Of a stretch of 64,000 bases of DNA, positions 47,111-59,349 are shown piece after piece (within the stretch, counting starts at the first letter, position 1; each line of letters starts with the position of its first letter). The stretch is from Macrostomum lignano (lineage: Eukaryota), in contig NIVC01000014.1 of assembly GCA_002269645.1 (NCBI GenBank), positions 186,001 to 250,000 on the forward strand. Direction: 5' to 3'. Below the pieces are notes generated by a model. It was not told the DNA's origin, ran no database searches, and saw only the letters and a list, made by a program, of their open reading frames with translations. A program made the translations under genes and the position numbers.

Positions 47111-47929
47111 ACAATGACAATCACAACTGAAGCGCAGTACTCTTTGTCTTAGTAAATTAGATCCACATTAATTGTGTAAGCCGTAAAGTGATACTTTCCA
47201 GCCGATTCAATTTTTAAATCGCTCGGTGTTTTTTCTGATACATTCTACTTTTAGTAAGAGCGTTCGTTGTTGTGAGCATTTCCCGGGATTAATAAGCAAC
47301 AACTTAGATTAATTAATTAGCTTAGAAGCGTCTATGTCGAATGCCCTATAAATGGAGTTAGAAGTCATAATTTTATATTTTATAATTCCTATTAATAATG
47401 TTTTTGTTGTCGAGTGAATTGTCTTTTTCAGTAACAATGCAGTATTTTTTATTATTCTCCTGTGTTCTCTGTAGCGCTTTCATTGTTGTTTTGCTTCAAT
47501 ATTAAAAGTATTTTGAGTTTTTTATAATAGATTTTATATTTTGTTTTTAAAACAGTTCAGATGAAGAATTGACACAGTAGCTGTTGTTTAGAGCATTTTT
47601 GGCAAATTCGCATTATTGATTTTAATCGGAAAGATCAAGCTTCTCAGTTTGTATGTGTTTTAGTCATTGTCGTTATTTTTGTTTTGTGGCCGTTTATTGT
47701 CAATTCCAAATCGGATTAATTAACCTATGTGAATACACTGCGCGTATCCTGATTCTTTTTTGGCTCGCGTGTTTCTGATTTCTATTTTTAACTTGTAGAG
47801 GCAGTATGGCTTGGGATTAACTTGAGGATAGTATTATTGCTGATAAGGATCGGGTGGATTATTGTGAATAGGGGATTATTACGAATGAGGCGGTTATCGT
47901 GAATTGGAGATTATTAAGGATTGGATTAG

Positions 47930-48410
47930 TAAGGATAGGTGGATCATCGTGAATAGGGAATTAATAAGGATAGGTGGATCATCGTGAATAGGGAATTAAT
48001 AAGGATAGGTGGATCATCGTGAATAGGGAATTAATAAGGATAGGTGGATCATCGTGAATAGGGAATTAATAAGGATAGGTGGATCATCGTGAATAGGGAA
48101 TTAATAAGGATAGGTGGATCATCGTGAATAGGGAATTAATAAGGATAGGTGGATCATCGTGAATAGGGAATTAATAAGGATAGGTGGATCATCGTGAATA
48201 GGGAATTAATAAGGATAGGTGGATCATCGTGAATAGGGAATTAATAAGGATAGGTGGATCATCGTGAATAGGGAATTAATAAGGATAGGTGGATCATCGT
48301 GAATAGGGAATTAATAAGGATAGGTGGATCATCGTGAATAGGGAATTAATAAGGATAGGTGGATCATCGTGAATAGGGAATTAATAAGGATAGGTGGATC
48401 ATCTTGAATA
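47930..48410. repeat. 35-bp minisatellite (GTGAATAGGGAATTAATAAGGATAGGTGGATCATC)
   Basis: About 13 identical copies inside degenerate flanks of related sequence. Confidence 0.95.
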
Positions 48411-48809
48411 GAAAAAGTAATAAGGATTTGCTTGTAGTGAATAGTGGATTAATATTATTGGATTATCGTGGTTCGTAAATTAGGGATTAATAAGGATTGG
48501 ATTATCCTCAATATTGGATTAATAAGGATTCGCAGTCTATCACGAAAAGGGGATTAGTAAAGATATGTGGATTATCATGAATAGGGGATCAATAAGGATA
48601 GGTGTAATAATACAAACACAGGATTACCATAAATTGATTATTAATCAAAGGAGAGGTTTGCTAGTAATATTTTCATTATAAAATAAAATAATACACTCAT
48701 TCAGTTCACTAATCCCGAAGGTTTTTTTCCAGATTATTACCATCTGCAATTGTCTTGCTGTCAAGCTCACCTCTAAGCTTTACTCACGCCAAACGCAACC
48801 CGCTGTTGA

Positions 48810-51800
48810 ATGGACCGCTATCAAGAACGCGACCATCGCGACAGGACAAGCAGTCGCTATAACCGGGACCACCGGGACCACAGGGACTACCGGGACCACC
48901 GTGACTACCGGGACCACCGGGACGATCAGTCTCGTCAACATTCGTCGCGTCGTCGAGACGACGATCGTCCGCGTCGACGCGATTACGACGACGATGACTA
49001 CAGCTTCGACGATTTCGACGACGACTTCCGCGGTGGAAGAGGCGGAAGAGGCGGTGGAAGAGGCTACGTTTCCTCGCGTCGGCAGCCGTTTGATCGTCGT
49101 GGAGGAGGACGCGGCGGTTATTATCAGCGGAATTATCGAGATCAACCCCCGACGTCAATGTCACCTAGAGGCGGACGGGCCAATCGATTCGGCGGCCGCG
49201 GTGGCCGCGGCGGTCGCGGCGGCTATTACGACGACAACCGTGACGGTGGGAGAGGCGGCGCTGGTTTTGGCAGCGGACGTAATCGGTTTGCTTCGTATCA
49301 ATCTGGTAAGTAGCTGGTATATGTTGTGCGCGTAAGGCGGGGGGGGGGGGTTTAAAATTCACTTATTAGCTGACGAGGCTCTTTAAAATAGTTACTCCTG
49401 CTGTTTACCTAGTCTTATTTCTGATTGTTTCAACTTTTAAGAAACTAAATTTTATGATAGATAAACACTAACGCTGTATTCACCCCTTCCTTTTTTCCAT
49501 CGCTGCGAACTATTGAATGCAAAAAGTTGAAATAAATCAGAGAAGCATTTAACATACGGTTGGCTTAATTCATAACTACGAAAAATACTAATAACGACCA
49601 TCTCACCTCAAGAGAGTCAATTATCGGTTCAACATGCATCTAATAATAATTAAAATTAAACAATAAACAAAACAAAGACACTCTCGGGCTGTTGGTCTAC
49701 AAAGACTACTTGCTGTCAGCGCTTACGGAATCGGAGAAACTGATGAATACAGACAAAACAAAGTTTATATACATTACCTGATATTAATTAAAGAAACTTA
49801 ACGAACAAAGAGACCATCCTTATTTAATCATCGTCAGTTTATATAAAAGAAACACAAAGAAAAAGCATCATTTTTAATGCAGAACACTTTGTTAACGATT
49901 GTTAACAATCAAAGTAAGATTGCAAAGAATTCAAAAGAGAGAGAAAATACACGAAAATGCAATAACTTATAGATGACCGACGGCGGCAACAGACAGATCG
50001 TTACCAGCCGCAGCACGAGCAGCCACTCTCTTCTGATCCGGTACCTTACTACCCTCCGATGACCAGTCACTACGCCTCTCTGCCGGCGTCTGCTTACGAG
50101 CCAATCCTGTGCCCCAGGTACAATTGGACTCTGCCGGACTGTCGGGATGCCGCGTGTAAACTGTTGCACATCTGTCGCAGCTGGCTTGGCGGCGAATGCA
50201 CCAGGGCTGATTGTAGACTAAGTCACAGTCTGGCTGATGAGCATAATTGGCCCAAGTTTCTTGGCTGGCTGTCTGAACAGGTATAATTTTGTTGCCACTT
50301 TTGTACTGTAGGATGTAGGATGAGATACCTGTGATCCTGTGATACAGGTACAAAATATCGTACTATGATGAGATACCAAAATTGCAGGGTGAGATACCGA
50401 GATTGTAGGGTGAGATACCGAGATTGCAGGGTGAGATACCGAGATTAAAGAGCGAGATACTGAGATTTCAGGGTAAGAGACCGAGATTACAGAGCGAGAT
50501 ACCGAAATCAGAGTGAGATAGTGAGATTGCAGAGCGAGATACCGAGATTGCAGGGATCAGATGAGACTGAGATTGAATCGTGAGAAAACAGGGTTGCAAG
50601 GTGAGATAGCAAGAGTGTAGGGTGAGATAACAGGATTGCTAGGTGAGATGTCAATATTGCAGGGTGAGATACCGATTAAAAGGCAGGTTGAGATACGTAC
50701 CGATATTACAAGGTTAGAATTCAAGATGATAGGATATATCAATGTTTTTCATCCTAAAACGCAACTAACGCAGATGATGAAATTATTTTACACTTTTAAT
50801 ACGACACAATAAGAGAGCAACCGCTATTCTTAACAAAAATGCCACGACCAGGAACTATCCGACATGATTCCTGCTCGAGATTCGCCAGCTACCAATCACC
50901 GCCTACGCACCTGGCTATTTGATAAGCTGCCAAAAATTTGTCCGTCAAGCTTGGTGCCCAGACTGGTGTGCAACAGTCCGCGCTGTCGTGACCTGCACGT
51001 GTGCGTTAATATTGTCAAGACTGGCCACTGTCACTACAGGCAGCATTGCGCCTCGCCCTATCACAGTCTGTTTACTCAACGAAATATGGAAGTGCTGCGC
51101 ATGTTTTATCCGTCTATTGCGGCTCACGTTGATCCGACTAGGCCGTTGGAGGAGCAGGCTTGGCTGTCTGATGTGCTCAAGAACGATATGGACAAGCCGG
51201 CGCCTGCTGGATTTGTGAGCACTTGCCCGATCTATTCATGTTTTATACTCTTTTGTTTTGCTAAGATGTCAAAGCTCATGGGGAGGATTTTAAATTCTGT
51301 GACCTTCGGCGCTTAGTAGTTACAGCGTCAGACTCACGACTTAAAGGTCGGGGGTTCGATTCCCGATCTCACTCGGAGTAATTTGCATGTCTTTCAGCAA
51401 GACACTTAACTCTGCATCGATTCAGTTCACCGCAGCTTTAAAAAAAGGGGGGCCAGTTTTAGCTGGGGTAATTGAAGGTGCGTGTGGCGACCCCCCTCAA
51501 GTCCTTGGACTGTGCAGCCGTATGCAAATCGTGTCGTGTCTCGAATTCTCGATAATATACTGTAATTTCAACCTCACGCTGTCCCGTCCAGGATGAGCAC
51601 CATTTCAAGCTCCGCGGCCTCACCATAGACACCGTACAGCTCTGCGTCAACTATGGCGAAGGCCGGGGCGAGTGCCAGGTGCCCAACTGCAAAGATCTGC
51701 ACGTCTGCCGGGCCTGGCTTGGCGGCTCGTGTCCCAACCGCCGCTCCTGCCGCTGGGTGCACGGCTTCACTAGGGACGTCATGCTGCGACTGGAGCCGCT

Positions 51801-51940
51801 GGCCGAGGGCCGCCCGCTCACCTGCCAGTACAATGTTAGGGATAATCTTAAGGTGAGATCCGGTGGCTTTGTTGGTTATAAAAGTTTTGAGTTTTGTAGC
51901 TTCTACTAGGGCAGATATCTGACTGACTGACAGACAGACT

Positions 51941-52010
<70 letters not shown>

Positions 52011-52983
52011 TAGACACACAAGCAGACAGACAGACAGACAGACACTCAGACAGACAGACAGACAGCCAGACAGACACCCTGAGAGTCACTTAAAGACCAG
52101 CTAATAGCAACGTTTTGCTTTAGTTTAATTTACTACAGACAGAGCAGAAGTAGACTAAACATGACTATAAATAGAGAACACAGCACCCACACCCGCCCTA
52201 ACCAAGGTGGTGTTCCCCTGCACCTGTTGCTATTACAACACTGAGCGCGGCTGCCAACGCGGCGCCAACAGTTGCGACTATTTGCACCTGTGCAATGCGT
52301 ACGTGCGCGGCAAAACCGACTGCCGATGTCCTCGCAATCACGACCCTCTGGCCCTCTCCGTGCCGCACCGGTTGGCTCGCAAAGGCGTCAACACTGGGGA
52401 GAAAGATCCCCGCGTACTGCTGCGCAATGTACTCTACGCCGACTTCCGGTTGAAACGGCCCTGCCCGGTGTGCAGCGGAGGCCGCGACAGCGACTGCAGC
52501 TCCAGCCCGGAGTTAATTGGCAGTCCCAGTCGGAGCCGAAGTCGCAGCCGCAGTCGCAGCCGTAGCCGCAGCCGTAGCCGTAACAGTCAGCGGCATTGTG
52601 AGAAGAGTAGCAGCCGGAAGTCCGTGTCACCCGACGGCGATTCGCAGCATCGGGTCGCCTCGCCGCCCGGGTCTCCGCCGCCGCAGCAGCAACGGTCGAG
52701 AAGAAAATCCAAATCGTCTTCGTTAAAGCGTCGATCATCTGACAACGACGCCACGCCGGAGGGAAGTGACGACGAGAATAGCGGCCGACACCGCGGTAGG
52801 AAGCGACCTCGTCGGCATAGCAGAAGTCGTAGCCGCAGTCGGAGCCGCAGTTCCGCTGGCATTCGAGATCGTCGCGGCGGCGGCGGCGACAGCGATCTCG
52901 GCGACAACAACGACAATGGCAATGCCGATTATGATGACGCCGACAGATCGCCAGCTGGTAGCGACAGTCGGCGAAAGCGTTGA
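48810..52983 (+). CDS. Protein with four ZAP/PARP12-type paired CCCH zinc-finger modules between an RD/RGG-rich N-terminus and an RS-rich C-terminus; exons 48810-49305, 49973-50280, 50852-51214, 51592-51852, 52207-52983 (about 734 aa)
   Basis: Four GT-AG introns with consistent phases (1,0,0,0). Repeated C-x7/9-C-x4/6-C-x3-H-[ILV]-C pattern, e.g. CPRYNWTLPDCRDAACKLLHICRSWLGGECTRADCRLSH. Confidence 0.85.
50380..50700. repeat. Degenerate 21-bp repeat (GAGATACCGAGATTGCAGGGT), intronic
   Basis: Directly visible. Confidence 0.8.
51305..51490 (+). mobile_element. tRNA-derived SINE, copy 2, intronic
   Basis: GGTCGGGGGTTCGATTCCCGATC, GACACTTAACTCTGCAT and TTAGCTGGGGTAATTGA align with the reverse complement of 6100-6300. 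Confidence 0.85.
51920..52080. repeat. (CAGA)n microsatellite, intronic
   Basis: Directly visible. Confidence 0.95.
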
Positions 52984-53229
52984 AACAAGTCGGGGTTGTT
53001 TATAAAAAGTGAACTTCATTGCTTAATTTGATTCGGTTTTGCTTGTTTGCTTCAAGTTATATTGGGTGTGTGTTTTCTCCAAAATCTATTGTTCGTTATT
53101 AGGCTCAGATCTGATACGAGCTTAATAAGGGCCAGGTTGCAATTCTCTATCTGAGAGTGAGACTTTTGGGTGTGTTTTCCAGGTATCATATTGATTGCGG
53201 GATTCCAGGACTCGGGTAGAAAGTGAAAT

Positions 53230-53760
53230 TCAGATCTCATGTCTAGGGTGAGATTCAGATCTTACTCGTATGTCTCGGGTGAGATTCAGATCTCATGTCT
53301 CGGGGGAGATTCCGATCTTATGTCTCGGGTGAGATTCCGATCTCATGTCTTGGGTGAGATTCAGATCTCATGTCTTTAGTGAGATTCAGATCTCATGTCT
53401 AGGGTGAGATTCAGATCTCATGTTTCGGGTGAGATTCAGATCTCATGTCTCGGGTGAGATTCAGATCTCGTGTCTCGGGTGAGATTCAGATCTTACTCGT
53501 ATGTCTCGGGTGAGATTCAGATCTCATGCCTCGGGTGAGATTCCGATCTCATGTCTTGGGTGAGATTTAGATCTTACTCGTATGTCTCGGGTGAGATTCA
53601 GATCTCATATCTTTAGTTAGATTCAGATCTCATGTCTAGGGTGAGATTCAGATCTTATTTCTCGGGTGAGATTCAGATCTTATATCTAGGGTGAGATTCA
53701 GATCTCATGTCTCGGGTGAGATTCAGATCTCGTGTCTCGGGTGAGATTCAGATCCTATCT
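53230..53760. repeat. 25-bp minisatellite (GGGTGAGATTCAGATCTCATGTCTC)
   Basis: Directly visible. Confidence 0.95.
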
Positions 53761-54274
53761 CGTAGTAGATTTTCCATGTCGCAACCTGCATCTCTATGAC
53801 GAGATTCGTATCTCATTTCGAGTGTAATCTACTCACATGTTAATTCCTTCTCTTTCCCATTTGAGCTGTTTCAAAAGTCAAAGTATGATTTTATTCAGTT
53901 AACACTGTTTGCATATTTAATATATTATCCATGCAGGTTCATTACCGCTTTACTACCCACTCTGGCATACTTGTACGATTTCACCTGGCTCTAACTCACT
54001 AGTCTTTGTTAGTTAGTGAGAGGTTTTATTTGCATGCAACATCTCAAATAGCATTACCACCTATTCTGTCCATGTATCCCATGTGGCTATGTTGTTCTGT
54101 CTCATTATTAATAATATAATCTGTTCTCCAACTTCATGAACTATCAGCTTTATGCTATGCTGCATCACTAAAAAGTCTGTCGTAGCCTGCTGCTTCTTAC
54201 TAATTAGTAGCTTAGTACGAAATATATTGGCAATGAATTTGATATTTGCATTCGCTTCGATTTAATTTTGAACT

Positions 54275-54735
54275 TAGCAGATCCTCAGTTCCTGGACCAG
54301 CCTCCCAGATCCTCAGTTGCTGGGCCAGCCTCCCAGATCCTCAGTTGCTGGATCAGCCTCCCAGATCCTCAGTTGCTGGGCCAGCCTCCCAGATCCTCAG
54401 TTGCTGGGCCAGCCTCCCAGATCCTCAGTTGCTGAGCCAGCCTCCCAGATCCTCAGTTGCTGGGCCAGCCTCCCAGATCCTGAGTTGCTGGGCCAGCCTC
54501 CCAGATCCTCAGTTGGTGGGCCAGCCTCCCAGATCCTCAGTTGGTGGGCCAGCCTCCCAGATCCTCAGTTGGTGGACCAGCCTCCCAGATCCTCAGTTGC
54601 TGGGCCAGCCTCCCAGATCCTCAGTTGCTGGGCCAGCCTCCCAGATCCTGAGTTGCTGGGCCAGCCTCCCAGATCCTCAGTTGCTGGGCCAGCCTCCCAG
54701 AGTGTCAGTTGCTGGGCCAGCCTCCCAGATCCTGA
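54275..54735. repeat. 28-bp minisatellite (CCCAGATCCTCAGTTGCTGGGCCAGCCT)
   Basis: About 16 copies just upstream of the aldolase-fold gene. Confidence 0.95.
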
Positions 54736-54820
54736 ACGCATTGCATGGCACGCAATTTCAGCTACAGCCTAACAGAGGTATCAGTCATCAGAGTCCAGCG
54801 TCAATCGTCCAGCCCTTCAA

Positions 54821-55205
54821 ATGCCCGATGGCGAGGCCTCAAAATCTGCCGGCGGCGTGTCAGACGAGGTCGGCGTTCGCGTCAAGTTCAACTGCCGCTA
54901 CCTCGGCCGTCTGGAGGACTGGTGGCACGCTGCCGGCACCACCGCCGAGCAGCGAGAGAAATTCGACGCCAACCTGCTGACCATGGCCTGCGCGCTGGAG
55001 TGGATGCAGGACCGAGGCGCTGCGCCGGTTGCACCCGACGGCCGACTGGCTGGCAATGCGGCCGCGGTGTTGGCGCGAACTGCAGGCGGCGTTGGAGGCG
55101 ACGATCAGCTGACTCTGTTGGTTAGCAGGTACAAAATGATCTATGGAATTTAATGGCATGTTTTAGATTAAAACCAATATAGTCTTTGTGAAAATTTCTG
55201 CTATT

Positions 55206-55293
<88 letters not shown>

Positions 55294-55934
55294 CGCTAAT
55301 ACTACTAGTACTACTACTACTATTACTACTACTACTACTACTACTACTATAACTACTACTACTACTACTACTATAACTACTACTACTACTACTACTAATA
55401 CTACTACTACTGCTACTGCTGTCACCCCTCAGATCGGGCCGAGCACAAGGCCCATCGGACACCGAGCGCGACTTCTGCGTAGTCACAAGCTTCGATTTCA
55501 CCGCCTGGTCGTGCGGCTATTACGCCAGCAGCTCGGAGATTCAGCCAACCAGCGACACTCCGCTGCACTGGTCGGCCCTGCTGGAGAGTCGCACAGCGTC
55601 TGTCAGCTTGCACGGGCACGCGTTTGAAACCGAGGCAAAAGCTGCTGCAATCAACGTGCCCTGCTCGAACGTTGAGACGCTATTCTCAACGCCGGAAGAT
55701 ACGGCCGCTCTAGTCGAGCTGATGCGCCAGCATCCTTATCCCCGATGTCGAATGTACATCCGTCGGGGCCACGGATTTGTCATACTGGGCTCAAGTTTTC
55801 CTCAGGCGGAGGCTCTGCTAGATGCTAAGCTGCATATTCTTAGAGTTGGAAAGCCTTCGAAACGGCAATGGTTGCTAGCCGCTGTCCTGTGCGTTATTCT
55901 GTCCGCCTGCGTGTCTCTGCTGGTGCTCCGGTGA
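54821..55934 (+). CDS. Class II aldolase/adducin-head-fold protein with C-terminal transmembrane tail; exons 54821-55128 and 55433-55934 (269 aa)
   Basis: A phase-2 GT-AG intron joins LLVSR|SGR. Motifs AGN, PTSDTPLH, LHGH and RRGHG parallel the GN / PSSE..LH / HxH / NHG pattern of class II aldolases. Ends in LLAAVLCVILSACVSLLVLR. Confidence 0.7.
55200..55420. repeat. (CTA)n microsatellite filling most of the aldolase-fold intron
   Basis: Directly visible. Confidence 0.97.
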
Positions 55935-56374
55935 ACTATCTTATCGTTAAATATGAGTATAGTCCTCCATTCGCAATGCTGGGCACACAATTAGCGCTGA
56001 CTCATTTGATAATTAATGCGATGTTTATAGAGTAGTTTTGGAAAAAAAAACATAAATTTCACGTCTTTCCTATTACTAATTTTATTGAGCAATTTTTTGT
56101 TTTGCCGCTGACGCTTAAGTTGGTGATTTCCAATTGATTATAATTGCTTACTTTATTGCCTAATTAATATATTGTATTTCACTTGTATTTGGAAAAATTA
56201 TGCCTATAAATTAATTCTAATTTTGGTATGCGACACAGTTTTCTCGCTAAATTTGATTGCGGTATTACTTTTAGTAATTTAGTGTCATGTTTTTTTTCTA
56301 AATTTAGGATTAACCACAGAATACACCAGAATGCTTAATCAGCTTCCAAATCGAAAGCCGAAATATAAAACCAA

Positions 56375-57220
56375 AGACCACCTAAGTCAGTCCTGTGAGA
56401 CACTCATCAAAGACAACCTAAGTCAGTCCTGTGGGACACTCATCAAAGACAACCTGAGTCAGTCCTGTGAGACACTCATCAAAGACAACCTGAGTCAGTC
56501 CTGTGAGACACTCATCAAAGACAACCCAAGTCAGTCCTGTGAGACACTCATCAAACACAACCTGAATCAGTCCTGTGAGACACTCATCAAAGACAACCTG
56601 AGTCAGTCCTGAGACACTCATCAAAGACAACCTGAGTCAGTCCTGTGAGACACTCATCAAAGACAACCTGAGTCAGTCCTGTGAGACACTCATCAAAAAC
56701 AACCTACGAGTAAGTCAGTCCTGTGAGACACTCATCAAAGACAACCTAAGTCAGTCCTGTGAGACACTCATCAAAGACAACCTGAATCAGTCCTGTGAGA
56801 CACTCATCAAAGACAACCTGAGTCAGTCCTGAGACACTCATCAAAGACAACCTAAGTCAGTCCTGTGAGACACTCATCAAAGACAACCTGAGTCAGTCTT
56901 GTGAGACACTCATCAAAAACAACCTACGAGTAAGTCAGTCCTGTGAGACACTCATCAAAGACAACCTAAGTCAGTCCTGTGAGACACTCATCAAAGACAA
57001 CCTGAATCAGTCCTGTGAGACACTCATCAAAGACAACCTGAGTCAGTCCTGAGACACTCATCAAAGACAACCTAAGTCAGTCCTGTGAGACACTCATCAA
57101 AGACAACCTGAGTCAGTCTTGTGAGACACTCATCAAAAACAACCTACGAGTAAGTCAGTCCTGTGAGACACTCATCAAAGACAACATAAGTCAGTCCTGT
57201 GAGACACTCATCGAAGACCT
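56375..57220. repeat. 36-bp minisatellite with 220-bp higher-order repeat
   Basis: Unit AGTCAGTCCTGTGAGACACTCATCAAAGACAACCT(G/A); variant AACCTACGAG at 56701, 56921 and 57141. Confidence 0.95.
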
Positions 57221-57808
57221 GAGTCCTTCCCTTACGGTATTTAACAAAAACAAGCTTGAATTTCGAGCAATTAAAAATACGAGTATGCCTGCCACCTAGT
57301 CTACCACTGTTATGTTAGAGCAAATGTATTCATAGTATACCGTTTTGGGATAATTAAGTAAATTATGTAAACCATTGCGCTCGTACGTTCGTACAGATGC
57401 ATTTTCATCGATTCATTCCATTTGAAGATTGAGTTTGCTAAAATTTAAGTCGAATGATCACGAATGGCACTATCGATTGATTCTTCTTGCACTGCAAAGT
57501 TTATCGTTTATAGTTGTCTTTTGTAGTGAGCAGCTGCATTTTGCAAAGCAAGTTATTATCTGATTTCGTATGTGATTATCGCAAAAGATTGTCCGAAATA
57601 GGTGCCAAAGATTCCTTGGTAAAACAGCTTGCTATGGCAAATGCGCGTTGTAAATTTTCTTGCTTTCGGCAGTGAACTTTTTTTGGAAACACAGGCCTTG
57701 TAAAAACTAAGCAGTTCCACTTTAAAGACCGAGTGTTATTCCTTTTCGTGACTTCCACCACAGTTTGGCTCGATTGTAGTCCGGTATCTGACTTTCAAAG
57801 CCGGCGAT

Positions 57809-58318
57809 ATGTGCTCATGCTCGAGCCTACTCCTTGTGTTCCTCGCCCTGATGGTGATCAGCAGCCTGGGATTGGGACTAGCCCAGATCACCGTTGGCAC
57901 CAGGAATCTTCACGACTGCCCACTGGAAAGTTTCCTACCTGTAGCAGTTGTGGTTAACGGCGCTTTGGCCGCACTGCTAGCTGTCTGGGGCGTCTGGGAC
58001 GCCGTCCGAGCTAACAGCAAGTGGACTGGCGTGCCCGGTGAAGCCGAACGCCTTATGGGGCCCTCGGTGCCGAACGACGCCTGCGTCCAGTGCATGGAGG
58101 CGGTCAGATGGCTTCTGAACACGGCCGCCGTGGCCTGGGCCTCCCTTACGCTATTCGTAGCGCTGAGAATCAGAGACAATTACGTTCGGATGGCCGCCAA
58201 TTCTCCAGCTTACTGCGACCCGGATCTGGTGCGCAATTCCGTCATCCTGGCCGCCTTGTCTGCCGGCAACGCCGGCTTAGTAGTTCTAATTGGCTTTGTT
58301 TGCAACCTGATCAAGTGA
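57809..58318 (+). CDS. TMEM272-like multi-pass membrane protein (169 aa)
   Basis: Four hydrophobic segments, with ITVGTRNLHDCPLESFLPVAVVV and AYCD resembling the TMEM272 IG..YL.DCP.EP.IP and YC motifs (recalled). Confidence 0.6.
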   Translation: MCSCSSLLLVFLALMVISSLGLGLAQITVGTRNLHDCPLESFLPVAVVVNGALAALLAVWGVWDAVRANSKWTGVPGEAERLMGPSVPNDACVQCMEAVRWLLNTAAVAWASLTLFVALRIRDNYVRMAANSPAYCDPDLVRNSVILAALSAGNAGLVVLIGFVCNLIK

Positions 58319-58374
58319 TTTTTTTTACTGATGATTCACAGTTGGCCCATATTTGACAGGGCATGGACTATGGG

Positions 58375-58803
58375 CTATATCCATATTGTAATACTGGTTT
58401 GGTGTTTCTTGTGATCATTTTTCCTCCCAAAAATTGATTTAATAACTCTTGTCGGGTAAATGAAAGATTTATGTCGCGATTTTCTTCGATTTGTTTTCCC
58501 AGTAACCAATGACTTCTTTGACCCACTCCGGTCCAACAGGATTAGCGTGCCTTCGTGCTGAATTGAGCTGTCTATTTTAACTAAATAACTATAATGTAGA
58601 AAGACGCTAAACTCGTAATCGAGTGAATGTTCCATGAGACTAGAAATCGTCTCTGGTAGCTGCATCCTGGCTTTATTTGGAATTCGGAAGTCCAGAAGGT
58701 CCATCATCTCATGGAAGGTCCAGCAGTCCATCTCGACAATGATTTTCGCCATTACATCGTCCTTGGAATTGTAATATTTTATTATAATTTCCGTACTCAG
58801 CAC
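58375..58803 (-). CDS. AT-rich intronless orphan ORF (125 aa from the first ATG, MAKIIV)
   Basis: Protein-like composition with a basic C-terminus (KTNRRKSRHK); no recognised motif. Confidence 0.3.
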   Translation of the reverse strand: MLSTEIIIKYYNSKDDVMAKIIVEMDCWTFHEMMDLLDFRIPNKARMQLPETISSLMEHSLDYEFSVFLHYSYLVKIDSSIQHEGTLILLDRSGSKKSLVTGKTNRRKSRHKSFIYPTRVIKSIFGRKNDHKKHQTSITIWI

Positions 58804-59349
58804 GGATTATTTTAAATTACTGCTTTACTTTAATGCCTCACCTTTTAATTCATCGGTTTAAGTTGGAATGTAATCAACTATCAATGATCAACTAGAAGGG
58901 CTCAACTTGTTCAAACATTGAATTTTGGTTGTGGGCTACCAAATATTACGATTCTGGCTATATGAAAAAAGTTTACATAATGTTACACAATTCAGAACAA
59001 CAACTCACAACCGAAGTGAGTGACATTCCAGTTTGTACTTTTACTCATAAATCAAATATCCTTGTGTTTATATTTTCACATCTACAAAGACTGGTGAGTT
59101 ATTACCGAAAAAAAAATATCACAGCGATAACACGGTGAACATAAAAAGGCTTAGTTTAGAAAAGAAATAGAAAAATTTTAGGTTGAATTTTAGTATAATG
59201 GATTATTATATTTGTTATCGAGCATATGAAGTCAATTTTCAAACAAAATTTTCTTTAAAAGCTGGCTCGTAAATTAAAACAAGTTATAAACGAGCTGGAC
59301 AGTAAGTGGTGTATTTTAACGATAAAAACTTTCTCACTTATACTATAGA

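Noticed and set aside
17562-52983. Antiviral defence island made of the ARM-kinase, Ly6-like and ZAP-like genes near the endogenous virus
   Set aside because: The genes are 15-50 kb from the virus and interleaved with housekeeping genes. Nothing in the sequence links them, and the immune roles are themselves inferred.
55163-55501. Poly-Ser and poly-Val ORFs
   Set aside because: They are antisense translations of an intronic (CTA)n microsatellite.
58929-59138. dUTPase-like similarity (DSGY...IMLHN)
   Set aside because: Only one partial motif is present; the other dUTPase motifs are absent.
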